From: Actinomycetota bacterium
Lineage (GTDB): Bacteria; Actinomycetota; Geothermincolia; Geothermincolales; RBG-13-55-18
Assembly: GCA_014360655.1 (NCBI GenBank)
Contig: JACIXC010000001.1
Coordinates: 228,715 to 292,714, forward strand
Reading direction: 5' to 3'
DNA: 64,000 nt
Of the stretch, positions 36,442-45,982 are shown in pieces; position 1 is the stretch's first letter, and every line of letters starts with the position of its first letter. The notes beneath the pieces are model-generated. The model did no database searches, had not been told where the DNA came from, and saw only the letters and a program-made list of their open reading frames with translations. A program made the position numbers and the translations under genes.

Positions 36442-38640
36442 GTGTCTCGGCTCGAGAGGTGGGATCAGGTGAACGCTCCCGAAGCGGACCATCGTGAAGA
36501 TTTGATCTCGGCAAGGACCCGGATAACGAATCTGTTCCGCGGGGCCGGCTCCTTGCTCGTCCCTCCCCGGGCGAGACAAAAGCTCCGCCTCTGGCTGGAA
36601 AAATACAACAACTCCACGGCCCCCTACCGGCTCACCCGTGCGGACAGGCTGGCCGGGCTGGCCATCTCGCTGTTCTTCTTCCTTCTCTACCTCTATACCT
36701 GCAGCCACCACCCCAACATGGCCGGCGATTCCGCCGAGATGGTCGGCGTCTCCTATTCCCTGGGCATCGCGCATCCTCCCGGTTATCCGCTCTATACCTT
36801 GCTCGGATTCCTTTTCACCCGCCTTCCCTTCGGAAGCATAGCTTTCCGGGTCAATCTCTCCTCCGTCGTCTACCACTCCCTGACCCTCTACTTCTTCTAC
36901 GCCTGCTCCCTCAAGATCACGAGGAACCGCGCCGCCTCATCCATAGCGACGGTAGCCGTGGGCTTCACGCCGCTGTTCTGGTTCTACTCCCTGATCGCGG
37001 AGGTTTTCCCCCTGAACGACCTGCTGGTCATGCTCTTGATCTTCACGGCCATACGAACCCGCGAAAGATGGCAGGAAGGAAATCCCGCGGGTGCCATGAG
37101 GTTCGTTATTCTGCTTGCCTTCCTCTGCGGTATCAGCCTCTGTAATCATCACACGGTGGTCCTCGCCTTCCCCATGATCCTGCTCTTCATCCTGCGACCG
37201 CTGGTGGAGGTCCTGAAAAGACCGCGCTACGTGCTGCTCTGCCTGCTCGCCCTGCTCGCGGGGTTGTCGCCTTACATCTATCTCCCTTTGAGCGCATCCC
37301 GCGGTCCCTACATGAACTTCGGCGATCCCTCCAGCCTGCGCGGTTTCCTCGACGTGATAACGCGGAGGCACTACGGCACCTCGAGGCTCTGGCTGGGCCC
37401 CGAGGCCGTGAACAGGCTGGACCTCGTCCTCGACTTCGTCAAGACCCTGGGAAACCAGGTACACGTAATGGGGTTTCTGCTGGGCGCCATCGGCATGATC
37501 CATGCAGCCCGGAAAAGGCTGGGTGACTTCCTGCCCCTGCTCTTCGGCCTCATATTATCGGGCGTCGTCTTCCCCTACATGGCGAACGTGAAAATAAGCA
37601 GTATATTCCAGATCTCCACCGTGGAGAGATTCTACCTGCTCCCCACCATCATCTTCGCGTTCTTCATCGCCGAGGGGTCAGCGGGGCTCCTGGGACTGTG
37701 CGGGCAGGCCCTGCGGGGAGCGGAAATACGCGCTGATCTCAAGGCGATGTTGCTCCTGGTCCTGGTCCTGCTCCTCGCCCTCCCCTTCCTCATCCCCGCA
37801 AGAGCGACCGCCACTGACGTCAACCTCAGGGAGGATGCCCTCGGGGAGGCTTACGTCCATGACCTGATGGCCTCCGTGGAGGAAGGCTCGGTCATCTTCG
37901 TTATCGGTGATATAGCCATCCAGCTGGCGGAATACAAGCAGGTCAGCGGGGAAGCCGAGAAGAAAGCGGTATACATAGTCCAGCCGTTCCTGTTCTCTCC
38001 CTGGTACGCGGAGACCGTGGAGAAATGGTACCCCGATCTCAAGTATCCCAGGCTCGAGGAGCTGCTGTCGCAGGGTTACACGCGCTTCGGTACTTTCAGG
38101 GCCGGCATCATAGACTACATCGTGAGGAACAACCCGCAAATCCCCTCTTTTCACCTCCTTGCCAAGGTGCCCGAGCTCGAGGGCGAATACGACCTGGTGC
38201 CGTGGGGGGTCACTTATAGAATAGTACCCAAGGGCGCTGGCGAGGATGCCGCCCGATACCTGCAGCAGCAGATCGCTATCTGGAAGAATTTTCAATACCA
38301 GGGATTGGGAGTGGAATTCTATCCACCAAATCGCCGGGAATTCTATCTCTCAACGCATATCGCGTCCTTTCCGATGGCCACGGGAGAGTACCTGGAGAAA
38401 GGAGGCCTCACCGCGGAGGCGAAGAGCTTCCTGCTCCTCGCCTACGCGATGGTCCCCTCGAACGACGTGCTGCCGGTCCTTGCCGCGCTGGAGCGGGAAG
38501 CGGGGAACATGGAAGGATATTACGTCCTGTCACGCGAGGTGGTGAACGCGGAAGAGAGAAACAAGCGGGCCTATGCCCGGAAATTGCTGGCTCTCGAAGA
38601 CGCCCTGGAGGCTTTGAGCAATGCCGCGGAGAATCACTGA
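36442..38640 (+). CDS. DUF2723 (TMEM260-like) GT-C glycosyltransferase
   Basis: GDSAEM, LGIAHPPGYPLYTLLG, AFRVNLSS, FWFYSLIAEVFPLN, CNHHT and YLPL...NFGDP. The start codon is uncertain. Confidence 0.9.
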   Translation: MSRLERWDQVNAPEADHREDLISARTRITNLFRGAGSLLVPPRARQKLRLWLEKYNNSTAPYRLTRADRLAGLAISLFFFLLYLYTCSHHPNMAGDSAEMVGVSYSLGIAHPPGYPLYTLLGFLFTRLPFGSIAFRVNLSSVVYHSLTLYFFYACSLKITRNRAASSIATVAVGFTPLFWFYSLIAEVFPLNDLLVMLLIFTAIRTRERWQEGNPAGAMRFVILLAFLCGISLCNHHTVVLAFPMILLFILRPLVEVLKRPRYVLLCLLALLAGLSPYIYLPLSASRGPYMNFGDPSSLRGFLDVITRRHYGTSRLWLGPEAVNRLDLVLDFVKTLGNQVHVMGFLLGAIGMIHAARKRLGDFLPLLFGLILSGVVFPYMANVKISSIFQISTVERFYLLPTIIFAFFIAEGSAGLLGLCGQALRGAEIRADLKAMLLLVLVLLLALPFLIPARATATDVNLREDALGEAYVHDLMASVEEGSVIFVIGDIAIQLAEYKQVSGEAEKKAVYIVQPFLFSPWYAETVEKWYPDLKYPRLEELLSQGYTRFGTFRAGIIDYIVRNNPQIPSFHLLAKVPELEGEYDLVPWGVTYRIVPKGAGEDAARYLQQQIAIWKNFQYQGLGVEFYPPNRREFYLSTHIASFPMATGEYLEKGGLTAEAKSFLLLAYAMVPSNDVLPVLAALEREAGNMEGYYVLSREVVNAEERNKRAYARKLLALEDALEALSNAAENH

Positions 38641-40942
38641 CGGAAGGAGGCTGCCGGTCGTACTGGGCATGCTCCTGGTGCTTGCCCTTTTCACCTTTCC
38701 CCTGTGGAGCACGTCCCGCATCATATACCAGGGAGATATCGTCAATTCGGACGTGACGGAATACCATTTTCCCGTGAGGTACCTGCTGTCCCGGGAGCTG
38801 AAGCAGGGCGATCTCCCCGTTTACACCTCTCTCATCGGCTGCGGGTTCCCCCTCCTGGCGGAGGGCCAGAGCGGTCTTCTCTATCCTCTCAACCTCTTTC
38901 TGTTCTACGCCTTCAGCCCCATCCTCGCCTTCAACCTCACCATCATCCTCAGCCTCCTCATGTGCCTGGCCTTCTCCTACCTGCTTTTCCGGGTCTATGA
39001 CATATCCCCCTTCTCCTCCTTCTTCTCAGCCGTCGCCTTCACCTTTTCCGGCTATGTCGTCGCCAGGCTGAAATTCACCTACATGGTGAACTGCATCTGC
39101 TGGATACCCCTGGCCGTTTACGGCGTGGAGAAGAGCTTCCGGCGGAAAAACTTCGCCCACATATTCCTGACTTCCCTCGCGCTGGCCATGCAGCTGCTCG
39201 CCGGGGGCCCTCAGTTCTTCATGATCACGCTGCTCTTAACGGGCATCGCCTTCCTCTGGCGCCTGGCCTCCCTGCTCAAGACACACGCCGGGAACGGCAA
39301 TAATATCTTCTTGAACAAAAGGCTTTTCGCCTTGCCCCTGCTCCTCTTCGTCATCTCCCTGCTCGTCGCCCTGGGCATCGCATCCCCCCAGCTCCTTCCC
39401 ATGCTTAAGGGGTATTCCGTATCGGACCGCTCCCTGAGCCGCTCCTTCGAATGGTCGACCGGCGTGCCCATGCAGCCCAGGAACCTGGTCATGTTCGTCT
39501 CGCCCTATCGCTTCGGAAACCCTGCGCGCGACACCTACGATCTGCAGCAGGACCTTTTCTGGGAGAACATCGCCTACCCCGGCCTCCTTACGCTGGTCCT
39601 CGCCCTGCTGGCCCTGCTCTTCACCGGGAAAAGGGATGGGTTCGTCTCCATGTGGGCTACGGCAGGAACGGTCGCCTTCCTGCTCTCGCTGGGCCCATAC
39701 ACGCCCCTCGCGGAATTCGTCTGGCGCTACATCCCGGGGTTCGGGTATTTCCGTTTCTGGCAGAGGTTCCTGGTGATCGTGGTCCTCGCCCTTGCGGCGC
39801 TTGCCGGAAGAGGCCTGGATATCCTCCTCTCGCGCCCACGGGGCGGCCGAACATGGCGAATGGTGATCGCTCTTCTTGCCCTTCTCGTGCTCGTCACGGA
39901 CCTCGGATTCTTTTTCCGCAACCAGGTCTCCACCATCGACGCCAGGAGGATGCTGCAGGAGAACGACGTCGCGGCTTGGCTCCGCGAGCGCCTGGACGAT
40001 ACGGGGGGCGGCCCCTACCGCATGGAGATGGTCGGCGCCGAGGAGCTGTGGGAGGAAACCATGGCGCAAGCGGGGGGCTGGCTGGGAGACAAGGACGCGT
40101 TCCTCGCATACCAGCGCTTCCTTCCGCCCAACCACAATATCCTTTTCGGTCTGCCGAGTTTCACCCAGTACGGAGATTACGGCATCTACCGTTTCAAGAT
40201 GCTTGACGGTGCCGCGTTCTACCTATACGCCAAGGGAAGTGGATGGACGGGCGAGCTCACGCGCACCGGCGTCAACATCATGGCCCTTTACGGGGTGAGG
40301 TACGTGCTGAGCCCGCTGGAATTGTCCACGGAAGGCCTGCACGAGGTGGAAAGGCGCGATTCCGGCATTGACGGAGCGACCCTGCACGTATACGAGGTGG
40401 AAGATCCCCTGCCCGCTGCGCGCATGGCGCAGGATCACCTGGTGATCGATACGGAGGAGGCCGTGGGTTACTCCATGGTCGTCGATCTTTTCTGGGACGC
40501 CGCGAAGGCGCGTGGCAGGGTGGTGCTCGAAAAAGAGCCCTCCGTGAGGTTCGGCCCGGAGCCCGCGGGAACGGCCGACATCGTGAGCAAGGATGACGGC
40601 CACGCGACGATAAACGCGAACACCCCCGGGGGAGGGATACTCATCCTTAACGACACCTACTATCCCGAGTGGCACGTCTACGTCGACGGCGAGGAACGCG
40701 AGGTCCTGCGCGTCAACCTGGCCGCCATGGGGGTGGAGCTTGAGCCGGGGGAGCACGTGGTCGAGTTCATCTACAAGCCCAGCTCCCTGCACCAGGGATT
40801 GCTCGTATGCGCGGCCACCCTGCTCCTGCTCCTGCTCCTCTTCCTCGAGAACCGCCGGAAAAGGTTCTGCGACCTGAACCCGCAAGGAGGCCTCGCGGAA
40901 GCGGTCGTTCCCGACCATGTTCGCGGAGGATGCACTCGATAG
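38621..40942 (+). CDS. YfhO family membrane protein (GT-C)
   Basis: D...YHFP, GDLPVY...CGFPLLAEGQSGLLYP, AFTFSGY, and C-terminal ILILNDTYYPEWHVYVDG...RVNLAAMGVELEPGEHVVEFIYKP plus a TM. Confidence 0.9.
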   Translation: MPRRITDGRRLPVVLGMLLVLALFTFPLWSTSRIIYQGDIVNSDVTEYHFPVRYLLSRELKQGDLPVYTSLIGCGFPLLAEGQSGLLYPLNLFLFYAFSPILAFNLTIILSLLMCLAFSYLLFRVYDISPFSSFFSAVAFTFSGYVVARLKFTYMVNCICWIPLAVYGVEKSFRRKNFAHIFLTSLALAMQLLAGGPQFFMITLLLTGIAFLWRLASLLKTHAGNGNNIFLNKRLFALPLLLFVISLLVALGIASPQLLPMLKGYSVSDRSLSRSFEWSTGVPMQPRNLVMFVSPYRFGNPARDTYDLQQDLFWENIAYPGLLTLVLALLALLFTGKRDGFVSMWATAGTVAFLLSLGPYTPLAEFVWRYIPGFGYFRFWQRFLVIVVLALAALAGRGLDILLSRPRGGRTWRMVIALLALLVLVTDLGFFFRNQVSTIDARRMLQENDVAAWLRERLDDTGGGPYRMEMVGAEELWEETMAQAGGWLGDKDAFLAYQRFLPPNHNILFGLPSFTQYGDYGIYRFKMLDGAAFYLYAKGSGWTGELTRTGVNIMALYGVRYVLSPLELSTEGLHEVERRDSGIDGATLHVYEVEDPLPAARMAQDHLVIDTEEAVGYSMVVDLFWDAAKARGRVVLEKEPSVRFGPEPAGTADIVSKDDGHATINANTPGGGILILNDTYYPEWHVYVDGEEREVLRVNLAAMGVELEPGEHVVEFIYKPSSLHQGLLVCAATLLLLLLLFLENRRKRFCDLNPQGGLAEAVVPDHVRGGCTR

Positions 40943-41016
40943 GAGGACGTCGACATCCCTCCCAGGACATGGAAAATGGGGGCTCCGGCCCCCATTTTCC
41001 GCGCACAGCCGTTCTC

Positions 41017-41352
41017 CTACTGCGGCAACCCGTGTTCGCTGCAGCTCGCGAACGGCGGTTGCGACGTGGAGAAAGAATAGCTGATCGTCCCGGTATCGGG
41101 GCAATGAGTGATCGAGGCCAGGTTCTCGATAAATGGAGCAAGGTCACCAAGTGCCGTGGGATAGGTCCCGTTATGGCTGGCCGCATAGACGTTGGACTGC
41201 GTCTTGATGGTCTTCATGTTGGCCTTGCAGGTCTTCTCCTGCGCGTTGCCCCTGGCCGCCAGGAATACCGGCACCGCAATACCTACCAAGATGCCGATGA
41301 TTAAGATAACGATCATCAACTCGATGAGGGTGAAACCTCCTTCCCTGTGCAT
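41017..41352 (-). CDS. Type IV pilin / prepilin-type N-terminal cleavage-methylation protein
   Basis: MHREGG|FTLIELMIVILIIGILVGIAVP class III signal peptide with Glu5. Strong SD AAAGGAGGTGA. Confidence 0.95.
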   Translation of the reverse strand: MHREGGFTLIELMIVILIIGILVGIAVPVFLAARGNAQEKTCKANMKTIKTQSNVYAASHNGTYPTALGDLAPFIENLASITHCPDTGTISYSFSTSQPPFASCSEHGLPQ

Positions 41353-41434
41353 TCTCTCACCTCCTTTCCGCATGGTCTGACATCAAGCCGGTTGAAATGA
41401 TTTCTCTGGCGCCACCCACCTCCTTCCTCGCATC

Positions 41435-41472
41435 TCGCCATTTGCTTCTAATAGATTCTCGGCAAATGGCGA
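41435..41472. promoter_or_regulatory. Perfect 11-bp inverted repeat upstream of the pilin gene
   Basis: TCGCCATTTGC-N16-GCAAATGGCGA between the methyltransferase stop and the pilin start. Confidence 0.55.
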
Positions 41473-41496
41473 CCGCAACTTTATATTTTATCCTTT

Positions 41497-42255
41497 TCAA
41501 CTCGCGTTTGCGCATCGATCGGGCCTCCTCCGCGCCACGGCGACCAGCGAGAGACCCCACGGCAAAGGCATACGTCCCAGCAGAAAACGTTCGGCGGCGA
41601 ACGCCTCTTCCATGATCCCATTCAATATCCTGGGCAGGGGCCTGATGTCCGGACCGGGCTCCCCGCCGCTCACCCTGCTCCACAGGCGCTGCGCCACGGC
41701 CACCGGAAAGAAGAGGGCGTTGTAATATGAGGTGAACACCTCGGCCAGCCCGGCGCCGGCTACCAGCTGCTTCACTTCCCCTTTCCGGTATCTCCTCAGG
41801 TGATGGTGGTAGGCGTCCCGGGGGGCGTAAAGCCAGGGGTGCGCCGGCACGGTGATGATCATCACCCCACCTCCATCAAGGACACCGGCCGCCGCCCTCA
41901 CCGTCTCCCGGTCGTCCCCGACGTGCTCGAGCAGGTCGAGAAGGAGCACGCAGTCGAACTTCCCCTCCAGCGAACGCAGCACTTCCGGCACCTCCCCCTT
42001 CACCAGCGCCGCCTTCGTGCGGGTGGCGGCGAAGGCAAGCGCCTCCTCGGACGCATCCACGCCCACCGCCCCCCCGCGCCCTTCCAGCGCCTGCAGCATG
42101 GAGCCGGTGCCGCAACCTACGTCCAAGAAGCGCGGGGTATGCGCGGGTTTCACGTATCTATCCACGAGCGAGAGGACGATGCGCCGCCTGGCGGCAAACC
42201 ACCAGTAGTCGTTCTCGCGCTCATACATCTCCCTGTACAGGGCTTTCTCCATCAC
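41497..42255 (-). CDS. Class I SAM-dependent methyltransferase
   Basis: YWWFAARR, LDVGCGTG, LDLLEHV, ITVPAHPWLY and D...HHLRRY. Overlaps the 3' end of the GT2 gene. Confidence 0.92.
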   Translation of the reverse strand: MMEKALYREMYERENDYWWFAARRRIVLSLVDRYVKPAHTPRFLDVGCGTGSMLQALEGRGGAVGVDASEEALAFAATRTKAALVKGEVPEVLRSLEGKFDCVLLLDLLEHVGDDRETVRAAAGVLDGGGVMIITVPAHPWLYAPRDAYHHHLRRYRKGEVKQLVAGAGLAEVFTSYYNALFFPVAVAQRLWSRVSGGEPGPDIRPLPRILNGIMEEAFAAERFLLGRMPLPWGLSLVAVARRRPDRCANAS

Positions 42256-43225
42256 CCTCGCCTTCGAAACCCAGCATGGTGGAGACCAGGTATAGCGGCC
42301 TTTCCTGCACCTCCCGGTACATCCTTCCCAGGTATTCGCCCAGCACGCCGATGAAGAAGATCTCCGTGCCGTTGAGCAGGAACAGGCTGATGACCAGGAA
42401 AGCGTAGCCGGGCACCTCCAGCCCGAAGAACACCTTCTGCACGAACACCACCAGTATGGCCGCCAGGCTGACCAGAAACATGAAAAACCCCAGGAAGCTC
42501 ATGAAGCGGAGAGGCGCGGCGGAAAAAGAGGTGATGCCGTCCAGGGCAAGGCGCAGGCGCCTGAGGGTCGAGTACTTGGTCTTCCCTTCCAGGCGCGGCT
42601 CCCGCTTGTAGGGGACCTCGACGGCGTTACCGCCCAGCCAGGCTATCTCGGCGCGCACGAAGCGGTTCCTCTCCCGCAGGAGACGGAAGCGCCTCACCAC
42701 CTCCCTGTCCATGAGGCGGAAGTCGCCCGTATCAACGGGGATATCCACCTCCGTGAGGCGCTTCATGAGACGGTAGAAGATGCGTGACGAAAGCCTCTTG
42801 CCGAGAGGCTCGCCTTTCCTCTCCACGCGACGGCCGTAGACGACATCGTAGCCCTCCTCCCAGCGTGAGAGCATCTCGCCGATCACCTCGGGAGGATCCT
42901 GCAGGTCGGCGTCGATGATGACCACGGCGTCGCCGTCCGCGAAGTCCAGTCCGGCGGTGGTGGCCATCTCGTGGCCGAAGTTGCGCGTGAAGCCGATGAG
43001 GCGCACACGCTTGTCCTCCCGGTGCAGTTCCTCGACGACACGGCGCGTGCCGTCCACGCTGCCGTCGTCCACGAAGATGATCTCGTACTCCCTGACCAGG
43101 GGCTGCAGCACCGCCGTCAGCCTCTCATGGAGTGGCCTGATGTTCTTCTCCTCGTTATACACCGGCACCACGATGGAAAGGCGCGCCTCGGCGGCTTTTC
43201 TCGTCGCTGTCTTGTCAAAAGCCAT
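42221..43225 (-). CDS. GT2 polyprenol-phosphate glycosyltransferase (GtrB/CsbB/YkoT-like)
   Basis: SIVVPVYNEE, FVDDGS, RNFGHE, IDADLQDPPE, DTGDFRLMDR, two C-terminal TMs and GEYLGRMY..RPLY. Confidence 0.94.
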   Translation of the reverse strand: MAFDKTATRKAAEARLSIVVPVYNEEKNIRPLHERLTAVLQPLVREYEIIFVDDGSVDGTRRVVEELHREDKRVRLIGFTRNFGHEMATTAGLDFADGDAVVIIDADLQDPPEVIGEMLSRWEEGYDVVYGRRVERKGEPLGKRLSSRIFYRLMKRLTEVDIPVDTGDFRLMDREVVRRFRLLRERNRFVRAEIAWLGGNAVEVPYKREPRLEGKTKYSTLRRLRLALDGITSFSAAPLRFMSFLGFFMFLVSLAAILVVFVQKVFFGLEVPGYAFLVISLFLLNGTEIFFIGVLGEYLGRMYREVQERPLYLVSTMLGFEGEGDGESPVQGDV

Positions 43226-43663
43226 CGGTCCTCCCGCGATCACCCGCCGTGCGACCCGGCGCGAGCCCGGCTTGATACCCGCATACCGATATATTTCGCC
43301 TCCGCGCGCCCCAATTATGGTAACCGCAACCATTGACCACGGGCAACGCGCCGCCTTGCGCCTCTCCGGCGGCCAGTCCGCATGTCGACCGCATGCCGCC
43401 GCACAGGGGTCCATGCCGGCCTCGCCCTCACGAAACTGCAGCCCGGCAACGTTCCAGATAAGATATCGGCCTGCCGGCGCCTGCGAGTTTATAATGGGAT
43501 GTGCGTTTTCCCGCTCGTGAGATGTTCCTACAGGCGGGAAACGTTTACGACCACGGGGTCGCGCACGTGCCGGGCGATGGTCGCACGGGCAGGGCGTTCC
43601 GCCCGGCATCGACGGGGCAGGCTCGAGAAAGCCGCCGGAGCGGAAGGAACCGGGGGTGCGCGG

Positions 43664-44737
43664 ATGAAGGTACTGGCCGTGGATATCGGGGTGGGAACCC
43701 AGGACATACTCCTCTACGACTCGCGGCGGGAGCTGGAGAACTGCTCGCGCCTCATCCTCCCCAGCCCCACCCGCATCCTCGCCTCACGGGTGGAGCGGGC
43801 CGCGGCGAAAACGGGGGAGCTCTTCCTGCGCGGATGCACCGTGGGAGGGGGGCCTTTCTCCCGAGCCGTGAAGCGGGCGCTGGCGGCGGGGAAGAAGGTC
43901 CATATGACCCCCGAGGCCGCCTTTTCCATCCGCAACAACCTCGACGACGTGGCGTCCCTGGGCGTCTCCATCGCGGAGGCGCCCCCTCCAGGTTTCTCGG
44001 GGACGACCCTCGAACTGGACGAGCTGGACCTGGAGCCCCTGTGCGAGTTCCTGCGAGGCGCCGGTGAAGATCCCGACGACCCGGATGCCGTGGCCGCCGC
44101 GGTGCAGGACCACGGCGCCTACCGCGCGGGGGAATCCAACCGCAAGACGCGCCTGCGCCACATGATGGCGCGCATGCGGGAGGACCCGCGCCCTTCCTCC
44201 CTTTCCTACCTGGCCCACGATGTGCCGGACACCTTCCCCCGCATGCGCTCCGCCGCGCGGCGCCTGCAGGAGCAGTTCCCCTCCTCCCGCGTGCTGGTCA
44301 TGGACACCTCCCCGGCCGCCGTCGCCGGCTGCCTGGCGGACGCGCGGGTGGCTCAACACGCCGGCGGCAACCTCCTCCTGGTCAACGCCGGAAACGGCCA
44401 TACCCTGGCCTGCCTCCTCCGCGCGGGCAGGGTGGTGGGGCTGCTGGAGCACCATACCAGGAGGCTGGAGGCGGGTTCTTTCGCCGCCTACCTCGAGAGG
44501 TTCTGCGACGGCGAGGCGCGGGACGAGGATCCCTTCATGGCCGAGGGGCACGGCCTCTTCTACCTGGGCGAGGCCCCGGGCATGAAGAACCTCGACCTCA
44601 TCGCCGTCACCGGCCCCCGCAGGGGCTTCCTGGAAGGAGCGGGGCTGGGCGTCTACTACCCCGCCCCGGGAGGCGACATGATGATGACCGGGCCCCTGGG
44701 CCTCGTCGAGGCCGTGAGAAGGCGGGGGGAAGGATAG
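43664..44737 (+). CDS. DUF1786 domain-containing protein
   Basis: LAVDIGVGTQDILL, PSPT, AVQDHG, SNRKTR, VMDT, NAGNGHT, EHHT, TGPRR and APGGDMMMTGP. Confidence 0.88.
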   Translation: MKVLAVDIGVGTQDILLYDSRRELENCSRLILPSPTRILASRVERAAAKTGELFLRGCTVGGGPFSRAVKRALAAGKKVHMTPEAAFSIRNNLDDVASLGVSIAEAPPPGFSGTTLELDELDLEPLCEFLRGAGEDPDDPDAVAAAVQDHGAYRAGESNRKTRLRHMMARMREDPRPSSLSYLAHDVPDTFPRMRSAARRLQEQFPSSRVLVMDTSPAAVAGCLADARVAQHAGGNLLLVNAGNGHTLACLLRAGRVVGLLEHHTRRLEAGSFAAYLERFCDGEARDEDPFMAEGHGLFYLGEAPGMKNLDLIAVTGPRRGFLEGAGLGVYYPAPGGDMMMTGPLGLVEAVRRRGEG

Positions 44738-44865
44738 ACGGCGCCGGGGGAAATGGCCCCTTGGCCGCTAACACGCGGCGGGCGGCAGGTTTTAGGAACC
44801 GGGAAAGAGGGAGCGGGTTTTCCCGGCCGACGACGTCGGCGGCACATGGCGGCAGGGAGGTTCCC

Positions 44866-45012
44866 ATGCCCACCTACAGCTCCGAGGGAAGGGCACCGCG
44901 CATCGCGCCCACCTCCCATGTAGACCCCTCGGCGGCGCTCATCGGCAAGGCAAGGTATACCGTGAGCAAGGGGTGTTACGTGGCTCCCGGCGCGGTGATG
45001 CGCGGCGACCTC
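44866..45012 (+). pseudogene. N-terminal fragment of a gamma-carbonic anhydrase / PaaY-like hexapeptide-repeat gene
   Basis: SD GGGAGG followed by MPTYSSEGRAPRIAPTSHVDPSAALIG...KGCYVAPGAVMRGDL. Similarity stops where the antisense DMT gene begins. Confidence 0.75.
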
Positions 45013-45896
45013 CTCTCCTCCCAGCCGACGGCCAGCAAGCCCACCAGTATGAGTGCCGTGCCCGCGAGGAGGCCGGCGTTCACCTTCTCGTCCAGCAGCA
45101 GCCATCCCCAGAAGAGGGATACGGGCGCGATGAGGTAGAGGTAGAAAGCCGCCTGCGCGGTACCCAATCCCTCCAGGCCCTTGGAGTAGAGAAGGTAACC
45201 GGCTACCGTGCATCCCATGCCCAGGAAGATGAGCCATCCCCATCCGGCCGCGGACATCCTCCCCACCTCCCCCACGCAGTCACCGCAGGCCAGCGCCAGG
45301 GGCAGGAGGGCCAGGGTCCCCAGGAAGACCGCGTAGGCGGTGACGAAGAGCGGGTCATGCTCCTCAACCAGGGGCTTGAGGAGCACCGTGTAAGCGGCCC
45401 AGGAGGCGGCGGCCAGCACGACGAAAAGGATGCCCTGCGCCCGCCCGCCTCCCAGGTGCACATCGCCCCCGGAAAAGGTGATCACCGCCACCCCTCCCAG
45501 CGCGGCCACACTTCCCATAATCTTCCATATTCCCAGACGCTCGTAGAGCACCGCTCGCGCGAAGACGGCCGCGAAGATGGGGGTCGTGTTGGCGACGAGC
45601 CCGGCGGTCCCGGCGGGGATCATGGTCTCTCCGTAGGTAAGGGCGAGGTGGTACCCGTAGACCGCGCTCAAGCCGGCCAGGAAGACGAGGGTCCACTCGC
45701 CCGCGCTCAGGCGCGGCCGACGACGCCGGTAAAGGACGAGGATGGGGACGAAGAGCAGGCTGGCCAGCACGAAACGGGCCAGGTTCAGGGTTAGGTAGGA
45801 GACCTCCTCCACCAGCACCTTGACGCCGATGAACGCCAGACCCCATATCCAGCACACGGCGAGGAGGAGGAGGTGGTACCTCCACCCGGACTTCAC
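44976..45896 (-). CDS. DMT/EamA family transporter
   Basis: IWGLAFIGVK, ARFVLA, NTTPIF, LAAASWAAYTVL, YLIAPVS and LLDEK. About 10 TMs. Confidence 0.93.
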   Translation of the reverse strand: MKSGWRYHLLLLAVCWIWGLAFIGVKVLVEEVSYLTLNLARFVLASLLFVPILVLYRRRRPRLSAGEWTLVFLAGLSAVYGYHLALTYGETMIPAGTAGLVANTTPIFAAVFARAVLYERLGIWKIMGSVAALGGVAVITFSGGDVHLGGGRAQGILFVVLAAASWAAYTVLLKPLVEEHDPLFVTAYAVFLGTLALLPLALACGDCVGEVGRMSAAGWGWLIFLGMGCTVAGYLLYSKGLEGLGTAQAAFYLYLIAPVSLFWGWLLLDEKVNAGLLAGTALILVGLLAVGWEERRSPRITAPGAT

Positions 45897-45982
45897 GGGG
45901 GTTCACTCCCCCACGCCCGGAGTGCCGCTACCCCCGACATTCCATAACCTCCCCCGGGGAAGCGGGGCGTGGGCCTTTCCCC

